In this document: one piece after another, positions 51,463 to 60,399 of the stretch
Layout: each line of letters starts with the position of its first letter
Numbering within the stretch: position 1 is the stretch's first letter
Assembly: GCA_036351795.1 (NCBI GenBank)
Contig: JAZBPW010000150.1
Span: 1,842 to 65,841 of the forward strand
Reading direction: 5' to 3'
Origin: Candidatus Zhuqueibacterota bacterium
Lineage (GTDB): Bacteria > Zhuqueibacterota > Zhuqueibacteria > Thermofontimicrobiales > Thiofontviventaceae
DNA: 64,000 bases
The notes under the pieces: generated by a model
The model's input: the letters and a program-made list of their open reading frames with translations, nothing else
What the model was told of the DNA's origin: nothing
Database searches by the model: none
Position numbers and translations under genes: made by a program

Positions 51463-54255
51463 CTATCGAATTTTATATATGTAAGCACTTTTTTGATCAG
51501 TCTTTATTCGTATTCTTTGTGCATCCACCTTGTCAATTTTGTTGATCGTTTTTGTCAACATCTCTTCCAGATAGATATCTCCCTGAATCGTCTTGATCTC
51601 CTCGGGAAAAAGAAGTTGGCATTCCACCGGCTCTGAAAAGAAATTGAGAACCACTAGAAACGCGCTTTTATCATCGCTTCGAAGATAGGCGTAAATTTTA
51701 TCCTCGGCGTTTGATGTGATCTTTGTGAAATTTCCTCGACTCAGACTCTTATAGTTCCGCCTGAGCGTTATCAGACCTCTGTAAAATTGATAAAGTGGAT
51801 CATCCTCCTGAGACCATTGCATGGGCGCAAGCTTTTCCCGCATCCCGAGCTCCTGACCGTACATAATCAGAGGCGTTCCCGGGATGGTCATCAACAGCGA
51901 TGCCGCAAGCTTTGTTTCGCGGATACCGAACTGCGCGATGAACCGGTCCATATCATGATTCTCGATATAGCGCAAATTCAGCGCATGTTCCGGATAATTG
52001 AGATCCGTTTTTTTCAGACCATAGTCTATTGCCCGAACCGGTTTCCTTTCTCTCATGACGTCTAGCAGGTTACCGTAGAAATCCGTATCATAGGACATAT
52101 CGAATTCATCCTGGTGATACAGCGGTGAGCGCGGCAAGGTCTCATTCAACAACAGAAAATCCGGATTCATCTTTTTTATTTCCCGCCGGAAAAGTTTCCA
52201 GAAATCATGCGGAACACCCCAGGCCACATCACACCTGTACCCGTCGATTCCGAAATGTGCCCAGAAATCCGCCGCGTCCATGATGTGTTTTCTCACCTGT
52301 GGATTCTGAAAGTTGAAGTTCGGTAATCTATCCCAGTCATTATGAAACTGATATTGATAGAGCAGATCCTCATCTGCGTCATCGTTCCATAAATACCAAT
52401 CCCGGAAAATCGAAGAGGCGTTATTAAAGGCTGACAGAAAATAGCGATGCTGGTCGGATGAGTGATTGGCAATAAAATCCAGGATGATGCGAATCCCGGC
52501 CTGGTGCGACTTATCTATCAATTCGCGTAAATCATCTGCATTGCCGTATTGTCCGTCAATCTTGAAAAAATCTGTGAGACCATATCCGTTTTCCGTCGGA
52601 CTTTCAAATATCGGCATCAGCCAGATGCAGTTGATACCGAGTCTCTTGAGATAAGGCAGCCGGGAGATGACGCCCTGCAGGTCCCCTCTTTCAGTGAACC
52701 GCTTTACGTAAACCTCATAGATGATCGCGTCTCTGGACCAGTCCGGCGATTGACTATAGTCCTTGATCTCCACCTTGCGATTTTTCACTTTCAGAACAAT
52801 CGTCTTCTGAGAACTGCTGCCAAAACTGTCGCTGAGAATCAGATAGTAGTAATAGATACCATTCTCTGTCGGCAGGGGAATGGTCAGTTTATCGTCTCCT
52901 TTCAGTGAGTACCGTTCCGGATTGTTGATATCCTGATACCAGAGATAGTACAATTTTTTACCGGTTTTACTATGGCTCGCAGACGCGTCGAACAGTAACT
53001 TGCCGGGCAAAAATGATGGCTTCACATCAATATGCGGCGCCAGATTCAATGTGACTCTCTTGATGGAGTTGAAACCGTTCCACCCGTCTTCGCTTTTCAA
53101 AGGATTGTCCGGATCGCTCATCCAGTGCTGACCGTTGACGACATATTTATACTCGTATTCTCCGGGATCGAGATCAACCCATGCAGTCCAGACATTATCA
53201 TGATTGTAATCCGTCATTGGATGCGCGGTTGTCGACCACTGATTGAACTCGCCGACAACGGCCGCGCTGTCCAGACCTGACTCATATATTCGGGTATATT
53301 CTTCACCATTCAGCCGAAATTCAACCGGATATTTTTTTCTCATGAACGCGTAAAGATCGACTGAATCCACGTTGCTGAATAATTGTCCGTCGCTGATCTT
53401 CAGCTGAAAAAGATATCTCCCTTCGGCATCGGGAATCAGCCATGGGAACGGTGAGTCCCGATCAGACAGTTTGACCTTGCTGCCCTCCGGTCTGCTTAGC
53501 AGCTTCCAATCGTACGTCACCATCGGATCAAAATCCGGATCGTGATAAACTCCGCTGGTCAGATAAGCCTTCTCACCCACACCGCTGATGATTGTATACC
53601 CGGCTTCAACCACTGGCGCCACATTGTTCGCATTCACAACCACCAGCGACCGCCGGGGTAACGTCATATTTCCGTTCGTATCGAAGGCCTGAAAATCTAT
53701 GAGATGTTCCCCATCCTTCAATTGAGGTGTTACACTTTGTATTCTCCGTTTCTCCGGATTATAGTCGATTTTGATTTCTGAACCGTCAATGAGAATCCTG
53801 GTCGCGTCCACATCCAGTTTATCTCGACTGACTCCCGGGCGATAGACTGCCGAGACACGGAAAACATGCCCGTGCACCATGTCACCATTTTCAGGTTCGA
53901 TGTTGGTCAGATCCGGCGCGTGCGGCGGACGTACATACCGCAGGGAGTTACTCTGTTCACCGCCCCATCTTGGATTGCCAGGATCCTTGATCCAGTGGAT
54001 CTTGTTCATGATAAAACGATACTCGTATATACCGGGCGCCAGATCCACTTTCGTACGCCAGATATCCTCATCTCCATCATAGAAAAGCGGATCAGCGTCG
54101 ACAGACCAGTTATTGAAATCGCCGGCAACAGCCACCGAACTCGTTGCCACAGGTGCCTTGAGTGAAAACGTCACCGGATAGGTCTGTTGGGCTGACAAGT
54201 CTCGTGCCCCCATTATCAGCATCATGATGCTCAAGCCAATAATGCGTTTAATCAT
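51463..54255 (-). CDS. GH13 alpha-amylase-family glycoside hydrolase with two N-terminal glycogen-binding (CBM48/E-set-like) modules and a PKD-like module
   Basis: Signal peptide. Two '..V.V(A/V)G(D/E)FN.WS.....(P/L)......D..W...V.L.PG.YEY(R/K)(F/Y)..N..W..DP.NP' modules. GH13 regions 'DFIANHSS', 'GYRCDVA', 'LLNETL' and 'YIENHD'. Confidence 0.85.
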   Translation of the reverse strand: MIKRIIGLSIMMLIMGARDLSAQQTYPVTFSLKAPVATSSVAVAGDFNNWSVDADPLFYDGDEDIWRTKVDLAPGIYEYRFIMNKIHWIKDPGNPRWGGEQSNSLRYVRPPHAPDLTNIEPENGDMVHGHVFRVSAVYRPGVSRDKLDVDATRILIDGSEIKIDYNPEKRRIQSVTPQLKDGEHLIDFQAFDTNGNMTLPRRSLVVVNANNVAPVVEAGYTIISGVGEKAYLTSGVYHDPDFDPMVTYDWKLLSRPEGSKVKLSDRDSPFPWLIPDAEGRYLFQLKISDGQLFSNVDSVDLYAFMRKKYPVEFRLNGEEYTRIYESGLDSAAVVGEFNQWSTTAHPMTDYNHDNVWTAWVDLDPGEYEYKYVVNGQHWMSDPDNPLKSEDGWNGFNSIKRVTLNLAPHIDVKPSFLPGKLLFDASASHSKTGKKLYYLWYQDINNPERYSLKGDDKLTIPLPTENGIYYYYLILSDSFGSSSQKTIVLKVKNRKVEIKDYSQSPDWSRDAIIYEVYVKRFTERGDLQGVISRLPYLKRLGINCIWLMPIFESPTENGYGLTDFFKIDGQYGNADDLRELIDKSHQAGIRIILDFIANHSSDQHRYFLSAFNNASSIFRDWYLWNDDADEDLLYQYQFHNDWDRLPNFNFQNPQVRKHIMDAADFWAHFGIDGYRCDVAWGVPHDFWKLFRREIKKMNPDFLLLNETLPRSPLYHQDEFDMSYDTDFYGNLLDVMRERKPVRAIDYGLKKTDLNYPEHALNLRYIENHDMDRFIAQFGIRETKLAASLLMTIPGTPLIMYGQELGMREKLAPMQWSQEDDPLYQFYRGLITLRRNYKSLSRGNFTKITSNAEDKIYAYLRSDDKSAFLVVLNFFSEPVECQLLFPEEIKTIQGDIYLEEMLTKTINKIDKVDAQRIRIKTDQKSAYIYKIR

Positions 54256-54471
54256 TAAAACCTCATTGTGAAATATGGTACATGATAAAAAATATTAGCC
54301 GACGGTGCATTGCGTCAGCTATTTTATTGTAATGAGATAAAAATCATCTCAATGCTTTCATTATAAACAATTTATAGGATTTTTTCAATATTTTTTTTCA
54401 CGATTCATAAAATAACTTGTATTTATTTCCTTTTTTATTTAATATTACGCATCAATTGAACGGATCGAACC

Positions 54472-55689
54472 ATGAATTCAAAACATATGATCATTTTCTG
54501 CCTCTTGCTGATTCCATTCGCCTGCGCGACCGAACAACAGGTAAAACCGGGTATCGACATCCTTCTGGAAGAACATCTGGATCTGGTCACCGGGAAAAGT
54601 ATTGGACTCATCACCAATCCAACCGGATTGACCCATGACATGCGCTCGTCTATCGATGCGCTTCATGAAAATCCCGAAATAACGCTCACAGCCCTTTTCG
54701 GACCTGAGCACGGTGTACGCGGAGACATCGAGGGTGGGTACCGTATCGAAAACTATGTCGACGAAAAGACAGGCATACAGGTTTTCAGCCTGTATGGCGC
54801 GACAAGAAAACCGACACCGGATATGTTGGATGGCATCGATGTATTGATGTACGATATACAGGACATCGGTTCGAGGGCCTACACATATATTTACACAATG
54901 GCGCTGGCAATGAAAGCCGCGGCCGAACACAGCATCCCCTTCATCGTATTGGACAGACCCAATCCACTGGGAGGCGAGCTGGTGGAGGGAGATGTACTAG
55001 ATACGACGTTCAGTTCATTCATCGGCATGTATCCCATACCCTATGTGTACGGAATGACAGTGGGTGAACTCGCATTGCTGTTCAACGAAGAATTTGATAT
55101 TCATTGCGACCTCACTGTCATCACCATGAAGAACTGGAAGCGGAGTATGCGATTTGAACAGACCGGACTCCATTGGGTGCTGCCGTCACCGCACGTGCCC
55201 CGGTCGTCCACTTCGGATTTCGTGGCCACCACCGGCTGCATAGGTGAACTGGGGACTGTTTCCATTGGTGTCGGTTACACGCTGCCGTTCGAGCTGGTCG
55301 GCGCTCCCTGGATAGAGCCAGAGATACTTGCGGACGAGCTGAATTCCCAAAATCTGGCCGGCGTAGAATTTCGCCCGCTGTACTTTCGTCCTTTCTACTA
55401 CCATTTTGAGAAAGAACAATGCGGAGGTGTTCAGATCCATATAACAGATTATGCGGCCTTTTCACCATTTACCGCACAAATCCATATTCTCACCGCCCTG
55501 ACGAAGCTCTTTCCGGAACACGATATATTCGACACAAGGAGAATTACTTCGTTCGACAAAGCATTCGGTACGGATCAAATAAGAGTCAAGATCCGAAATG
55601 GGATATCTGCCGATGAAATTCTTCAGGCCGGACAGAATGGACTCAATCATTTCTTGTCGATACGATCGAAGTACTTACTCTATGAATAA
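54472..55689 (+). CDS. namZ: DUF1343 / NamZ-family exo-beta-N-acetylmuramidase lipoprotein
   Basis: Lipobox (..LIPFACA). 'GLITNPTGL', 'LFGPEHGVRGD' and 'DIQDIGSRAYTYI' are motifs typical of DUF1343. Confidence 0.75.
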   Translation: MNSKHMIIFCLLLIPFACATEQQVKPGIDILLEEHLDLVTGKSIGLITNPTGLTHDMRSSIDALHENPEITLTALFGPEHGVRGDIEGGYRIENYVDEKTGIQVFSLYGATRKPTPDMLDGIDVLMYDIQDIGSRAYTYIYTMALAMKAAAEHSIPFIVLDRPNPLGGELVEGDVLDTTFSSFIGMYPIPYVYGMTVGELALLFNEEFDIHCDLTVITMKNWKRSMRFEQTGLHWVLPSPHVPRSSTSDFVATTGCIGELGTVSIGVGYTLPFELVGAPWIEPEILADELNSQNLAGVEFRPLYFRPFYYHFEKEQCGGVQIHITDYAAFSPFTAQIHILTALTKLFPEHDIFDTRRITSFDKAFGTDQIRVKIRNGISADEILQAGQNGLNHFLSIRSKYLLYE

Positions 55690-55707
55690 TAACTAAGGAG
55701 ACACAGA

Positions 55708-56250
55708 ATGATTCCCAGCTATATATTCTTTACAAAAGGAGTCGGAAAACATCGAGACAAACTTCAAAGCTTTGAACTGGCTTTGAGGGGCGCAGGGATT
55801 GAAAAATGTAACCTGGTTCAGGTGTCGAGTATTTTTCCACCAAACTGCAAGATCATTTCAAAAGAGAAGGGACTTGAGTTAATCAACCCCGGCCAGATCA
55901 CCTACACTGTAATGGCAAGAAATCAGACGAACGAGCCTAACCGTCTCCTGGTCGCTTCCATCGGTATCGCACTCCCTGCAGATAGAACCGGATACGGATA
56001 TATCTCAGAGTATCATTCATTTGGAGAGATAGCTCTGAAAGCGGGGGACTATTCAGAGGATCTCGCGGCAACCATGCTCGCTACAACACAGGGGATTGAA
56101 TTTGATCCTGAGACAGCCTGGGATGAAAGAAAACAGGTGTATAAAGCTTCTGGCAAAGTATACAAGACCAGAAATATCACTCAATCCGCGCGTGCTGATA
56201 AAGATGGTTTATGGACGACCGTCATCGCATGCGTCGTTTTCCTGGATTAG
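55708..56250 (+). CDS. pdaD: Pyruvoyl-dependent arginine decarboxylase proenzyme
   Basis: 180 aa. '[11 protein letters not shown]' aligns with the self-cleaving Ser-Ser site of archaeal PdaD ('NLIRISSIMPP'); the S-S codons are at 55825-55830. AAGGAG SD upstream. Confidence 0.8.
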   Translation: MIPSYIFFTKGVGKHRDKLQSFELALRGAGIEKCNLVQVSSIFPPNCKIISKEKGLELINPGQITYTVMARNQTNEPNRLLVASIGIALPADRTGYGYISEYHSFGEIALKAGDYSEDLAATMLATTQGIEFDPETAWDERKQVYKASGKVYKTRNITQSARADKDGLWTTVIACVVFLD

Positions 56251-56254
56251 TACT

Positions 56255-57307
56255 ATGAATAAATTTTTACACAAACAAAAAATCCAGCCCCTCAAGATCC
56301 AGAAGGGATTGACAATTTCTCAACTTGTTGATCTGTACAACGCATCCGGATCTTTCCAGGGTGGAAGACTGGGTGAGGCCGCACGACTCTACCGAAAGAT
56401 GATTCAGGAAGATACTGTCATCTGCATGACAATCAGCGGCGCCATGATCCCTGCGGGTATGGGCGGAATTATCAGCGAGTTGATCAGGAACGGATTCGTT
56501 GATATGATCATCTCCACCGGTGCCAATCTCTACCACGACATGCATTTTGCGCTCGACCTGCCTGTGCACCAGGGTGACTTCAATGTTGATGACAGGGAGT
56601 TGTTTCACGCTGGAATAGAGCGTATATATGATATATTCATCACCGAAGATCTTCTTAAGGACACGGATTTATTCATCCAGGATGCGCTTGGTGATTTCAA
56701 CACAGCAAGACCTGTGTCCACCTCACAGATTCATTACCATCTCGGGCAGAAGATCAAATCGAACACGCCTTTTCCGGAGCGTTCTCTGCTGGCCACTGCC
56801 GCGGATTGCGAAGTGCCGGTATACACCAGCTCATTCGGAGATTCTTCCATTGGTATGAATGTGGCATTTCTTCAAACGAAAAACATAGATATTGTTGTCG
56901 ACCCCAATCTTGATGTCTGGGAAACATCCGCAATTGTCTTCAATAGTCAAAAGAATGGTGTCGTGATCATTGGCGGCGGTTCTCCTAAGAATTTTTACCT
57001 GCAAACGCAGCCGTTCATCAGCCAGATTGCCAGTTTCGACCACAAAGGCCATGATTTCGATATTCAAATTTCTGTGGACGCGCCCCATTGGGGCGGTCTC
57101 AGCGGGGCCACACCAAGCGAAGCTATCTCATGGGGTAAAATAAATCCGAATGAAATAAAAAACAGTGTTGTCGTTTACAGCGATGCGACAATCGCGCTTC
57201 CCATTTTAGCCGGGTATGCGCTTGCAGAAGAGGATGCACAAGAAACTAAAAAGTTACTGACAAATGTCTCCGAATCTGTGAAACTATTCCAAGAGCTGAT
57301 AAAATGA
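56255..57307 (+). CDS. Deoxyhypusine synthase-like protein (DHS/homospermidine-synthase-type aminobutyl transferase family)
   Basis: I trimmed the start to the ATG at 56255, 4 nt after the pdaD stop; the ORF-track start at 56096 lies inside pdaD. 'TISGAMIPAGMGG...GFVDMIISTGANLYHD' and 'GGGSPKNF' fit the DHS family. Confidence 0.7.
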   Translation: MNKFLHKQKIQPLKIQKGLTISQLVDLYNASGSFQGGRLGEAARLYRKMIQEDTVICMTISGAMIPAGMGGIISELIRNGFVDMIISTGANLYHDMHFALDLPVHQGDFNVDDRELFHAGIERIYDIFITEDLLKDTDLFIQDALGDFNTARPVSTSQIHYHLGQKIKSNTPFPERSLLATAADCEVPVYTSSFGDSSIGMNVAFLQTKNIDIVVDPNLDVWETSAIVFNSQKNGVVIIGGGSPKNFYLQTQPFISQIASFDHKGHDFDIQISVDAPHWGGLSGATPSEAISWGKINPNEIKNSVVVYSDATIALPILAGYALAEEDAQETKKLLTNVSESVKLFQELIK

Positions 57308-58167
57308 ATGCCAATCGCTTTTTAGGCAATGATATAGATCCCTGGCCCTTCGATCGATGCAGAACAGTAATTATATCTGCACCCCTGGAGGAAACAACAA
57401 CGTACGGGAAAGGGACTTCTCTTGGTCCCAAGGAGATTATCAACGCATCTGCCTATGTCGAGTTGTATGATGAGGACCTTGATATTGAACCATGTCACTC
57501 CGGCATCTACACCCATAGTGGTATATCAAATGACATCTCACAGGAGAGCTTTCTTGCTGAACTCGAGGATGTGATATATAATCTTCTTGGTAAAGGCAAA
57601 TTTCCAGTCACAATCGGAGGCGAGCACTCACTCTCAATCTCCCCGGTGCGCGCTTTGAAAAGAATCATGGGCAATACATTCTCGGTCATTCAGCTGGACG
57701 CGCATGCTGATTTGCGCGACGAATATGAAGGATCAAAATATTCTCATGCGTGCGTTATGCGCAGAATTGTTGAAGAGGATATTCATACCATTCAACTTGG
57801 CATTCGAAGTCTCAGCAGCGATGAAGCCAGACTCATCCGGGATCATTCTCTGGATGTCGTATTCGCAAGAGATATAAAAGAAGGTAGCCAATGGCGTGAT
57901 AAGCTAAATACAATGCCTGGTGGTGACGCCTACATCACATTGGATGTCGACGTTTTTGATCCTTCCGTGATTTCACATACCGGAACACCTGAACCGGGTG
58001 GATTGAACTGGTTTGAGATTCTGGACATTATGCGTACGATCAGGAAAAACAAAGTAAATATCCTTGGATTCGATCTTGTGGAATTTTCTCCGAAAAAAGA
58101 TCACGAAGCACAGAGCTTTACATGCGCAAAACTGATATATAAAATGATTGGAATGTTTGCAGAATGA
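57304..58167 (+). CDS. speB: Agmatinase (ureohydrolase family)
   Basis: Mn-binding motifs 'GGEHS', 'LDAHADLRD' and 'ITLDVDVFDPS'. The start overlaps the DHS-like stop as ATGA (57304-57307). Confidence 0.85.
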   Translation: MNANRFLGNDIDPWPFDRCRTVIISAPLEETTTYGKGTSLGPKEIINASAYVELYDEDLDIEPCHSGIYTHSGISNDISQESFLAELEDVIYNLLGKGKFPVTIGGEHSLSISPVRALKRIMGNTFSVIQLDAHADLRDEYEGSKYSHACVMRRIVEEDIHTIQLGIRSLSSDEARLIRDHSLDVVFARDIKEGSQWRDKLNTMPGGDAYITLDVDVFDPSVISHTGTPEPGGLNWFEILDIMRTIRKNKVNILGFDLVEFSPKKDHEAQSFTCAKLIYKMIGMFAE

Positions 58168-58235
58168 ACGACCTCACAGCAAGCTGATGAGGAATCAGAT
58201 GGTCAAATTTATTTTCCTAAAAGCCAGATTCGGGC

Positions 58236-58245
58236 GGGGGGGGGG
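58236..58245. repeat. G10 homopolymer in the loop of the inverted repeat TTCGGG...CCCGAA
   Basis: Read directly from the sequence: arms at 58229-58234 and 58253-58258. It lies in the 95-nt spacer between convergent speB and the 58263 gene. Confidence 0.9.
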
Positions 58246-58262
58246 AATTCAACCCGAAGAGA

Positions 58263-59693
58263 TTAAAACAGATCGATCTGTTGATGCGTTTTTGCTTCTT
58301 CTTTGATCTTTTTCTTGTTTAATTTCAGGATATCTTCTTTGATGAGAAAGAGCTCTCTGGTAAAGCTCTTCTTCGAATAAATTTCGAGTTGCTGGGCAAT
58401 TTTCAATGCCTCATTCAATTGAGTCTCACTTTTGTCCAGTTCATTCTGCTTCAAATAATGAGTACCGAGTCCCCAGTATCCCCAAAAGTCATCCTCTTTA
58501 ATCTCTATGGCGCATTTCAAAACGCCCTCGCTGGTATCGATACATTTTAACCTGTCAAGGATCCGGCTATAGGTATGATAATGTTGAGGCTTTTCAGGAT
58601 CCTTTAACACAGTCATGAAAAACAGGAAATCTCTCTTGTTGTCCCAGTATTTTTGATTGCTCAATTTTGTCATGACCAAAGCCAGTAGAAATGGATTTCC
58701 TGGTGCTTCGGGACTTTTCGCCAGTGCGCGTATCACATCTGTCAGCGCTTTCGATTGATCTGGATTTCCGTTCTTATCCGATTTTTCTCTCGTTTCTTCG
58801 AGACGCTTGATAAGAACCGGTTTCAGCAATGCAAAGTCCAGGGCAAGCGCTGCATTTATCTGTTCGAATACCTCCCTGGCCAGTACTGTTCTGTCATCAT
58901 CAACCATATTGCTCAGGTCTGCCGCTTCATTCATTTTTTTTCTTTTGAATAGTCGGAACAGAAAAAGCGGGACATGGATAATCTCGTCAAAATAAAGTTC
59001 AATTACCAATTCTCCCCTGAGCATCGCGGATATGAGAGATTCATGCACTTTTATATTTTCCCGCTCAATGAGTTGCCGCCAGTAAATATTCCATTGACTC
59101 ACCTCTTTTGTATATCCCAGGATCATCGGATCTCTGGAGATCAGATCCGGTTCTTTATCACGAATTGTATCCAGACCTTCAATCAGCGCAGTGAGTGAGT
59201 CGACGAATTTGATGCCGTCTTTTATGGATAAATTAAAAATGATTTCCCACAACGGATTATCTTCGCACGGCACCCCCAGGTCCATATGAGATTGTAAAAA
59301 GACCAGAGCCGTAATGAGTGCGTCCTGATCCTTTTGATGATTCGTTGATTTGAGAAATTCACCGAGTAGATTCCTTTGTGTCGTCTGAATGAACTCATTG
59401 TCGATGAATCTGGGCAGCACATCCGCACGGATCTGCCGGCGAAACGTTGAGGGATCACTGATATTTTCATACATATCCGGATTCGCATCCACAAACTCTC
59501 TGATCTCTTTTAGAAGATTGAGTTCATTGAATCTTATTTTTTTCAGGGCAGCCGATGTGCTGAATAATTTTTTGATATGCGCGGAATTTTTAACCAATCG
59601 AGAAAGGCTTGATTTTGCGGGTTTGTTTTTTTCGACCGGTTCTTTAGGGGTATTTAGAATTTCATCCACTATTTGAAATCGTACGGAACTCAT
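58263..59693 (-). CDS. Hypothetical protein (476 aa) with a C-terminal TPR-like helical region
   Basis: ATG lies 2 nt after the upstream methyltransferase stop. Only a TPR-like C-terminus is recognisable (..YWGLGTHYLKQNELDKSETQLNEALKIAQQL..). Confidence 0.5.
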   Translation of the reverse strand: MSSVRFQIVDEILNTPKEPVEKNKPAKSSLSRLVKNSAHIKKLFSTSAALKKIRFNELNLLKEIREFVDANPDMYENISDPSTFRRQIRADVLPRFIDNEFIQTTQRNLLGEFLKSTNHQKDQDALITALVFLQSHMDLGVPCEDNPLWEIIFNLSIKDGIKFVDSLTALIEGLDTIRDKEPDLISRDPMILGYTKEVSQWNIYWRQLIERENIKVHESLISAMLRGELVIELYFDEIIHVPLFLFRLFKRKKMNEAADLSNMVDDDRTVLAREVFEQINAALALDFALLKPVLIKRLEETREKSDKNGNPDQSKALTDVIRALAKSPEAPGNPFLLALVMTKLSNQKYWDNKRDFLFFMTVLKDPEKPQHYHTYSRILDRLKCIDTSEGVLKCAIEIKEDDFWGYWGLGTHYLKQNELDKSETQLNEALKIAQQLEIYSKKSFTRELFLIKEDILKLNKKKIKEEAKTHQQIDLF

Positions 59694-59695
59694 AT

Positions 59696-60214
59696 CTATA
59701 TCTTTTCGATCAATAATTGAGTTTGTAATTTCAAACGATGGCTATGGATCACTCTGAATCCATAGTCGGCGATTTTTTCTTCTATCTCATTAAACTTCAT
59801 GGTGTGGACGCGATGACCCAGAACGTTCCTGAGCACATTCATAAGATTCCTCTGCGTGAATGTAAATATAACGTGCGAACCACGAGCAGCAACTCTGCGA
59901 AACTCTGAAAACACGTCATCAGGGTTCTGAATGTATTCCAACACACCGATCAATAGCATCACTTCTCCGCATCCGTCTTTCAACGGTAACTTTTTTACGT
60001 CACACTGTATGAAACGCGCCTCTGAATGATCTTTTGCATAGCGGAGCATGGCACGGTTCAGGTCGAAACCGAATTTATCCACATCTGTGCTCAGGCAAGC
60101 GAGCATATTACCGGATCCGGTGCCAAGATCAAAAACATGCCGGAATCCAGCAGGCACCTTGCTGAACAAATCCACGGCGGATGCGTTTTCCTGCCTGAGA
60201 AAATATCCAAACAC
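59696..60214 (-). CDS. Class I SAM-dependent methyltransferase (short N-terminus, GTG start)
   Basis: 'VFDLGTGSGN' (motif I), 'FDL..AML' and 'LLIGVLEY'. The frame stays open 22 codons upstream of the GTG with no canonical start codon. Confidence 0.65.
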   Translation of the reverse strand: MFGYFLRQENASAVDLFSKVPAGFRHVFDLGTGSGNMLACLSTDVDKFGFDLNRAMLRYAKDHSEARFIQCDVKKLPLKDGCGEVMLLIGVLEYIQNPDDVFSEFRRVAARGSHVIFTFTQRNLMNVLRNVLGHRVHTMKFNEIEEKIADYGFRVIHSHRLKLQTQLLIEKI

Positions 60215-60399
60215 GAATCTGTGCCTGAACAGATGATACAGATCCTTCCGTAAATTCCAGAGAAATGGTTTCAGCCTGGTTCAGCCATCAATTATCATCA
60301 CCTCTGTAGTAAAGATAACAATATCTTTTCAATTTCGCAAATAAATTTTTATCAGCATCAATGAATTGGCTCCTTGGAAATAACTACCTGATCCGGGGG

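Noticed and set aside
56096-56254. N-terminal 53-aa extension of the DHS-like ORF in the ORF track
   Set aside because: It overlaps the 3' end of pdaD in another frame, while an ATG lies 4 nt after the pdaD stop. I trimmed similar over-extensions at 239-370 (psd), 8682-8750 (exonuclease), 35042-35197 (beta-helix lipoprotein), 40636-40671, 42661-42675, 43863-43877, 46863-46880 and 62600-62623. Most of these use TTG or GTG and lack an SD.
58236-58245. G10 tract as a phase-variation switch
   Set aside because: It lies downstream of both convergent genes, not in a promoter or a 5' coding region. Slippage would therefore not switch expression of either gene. I kept it only as a structural or assembly-quality note.
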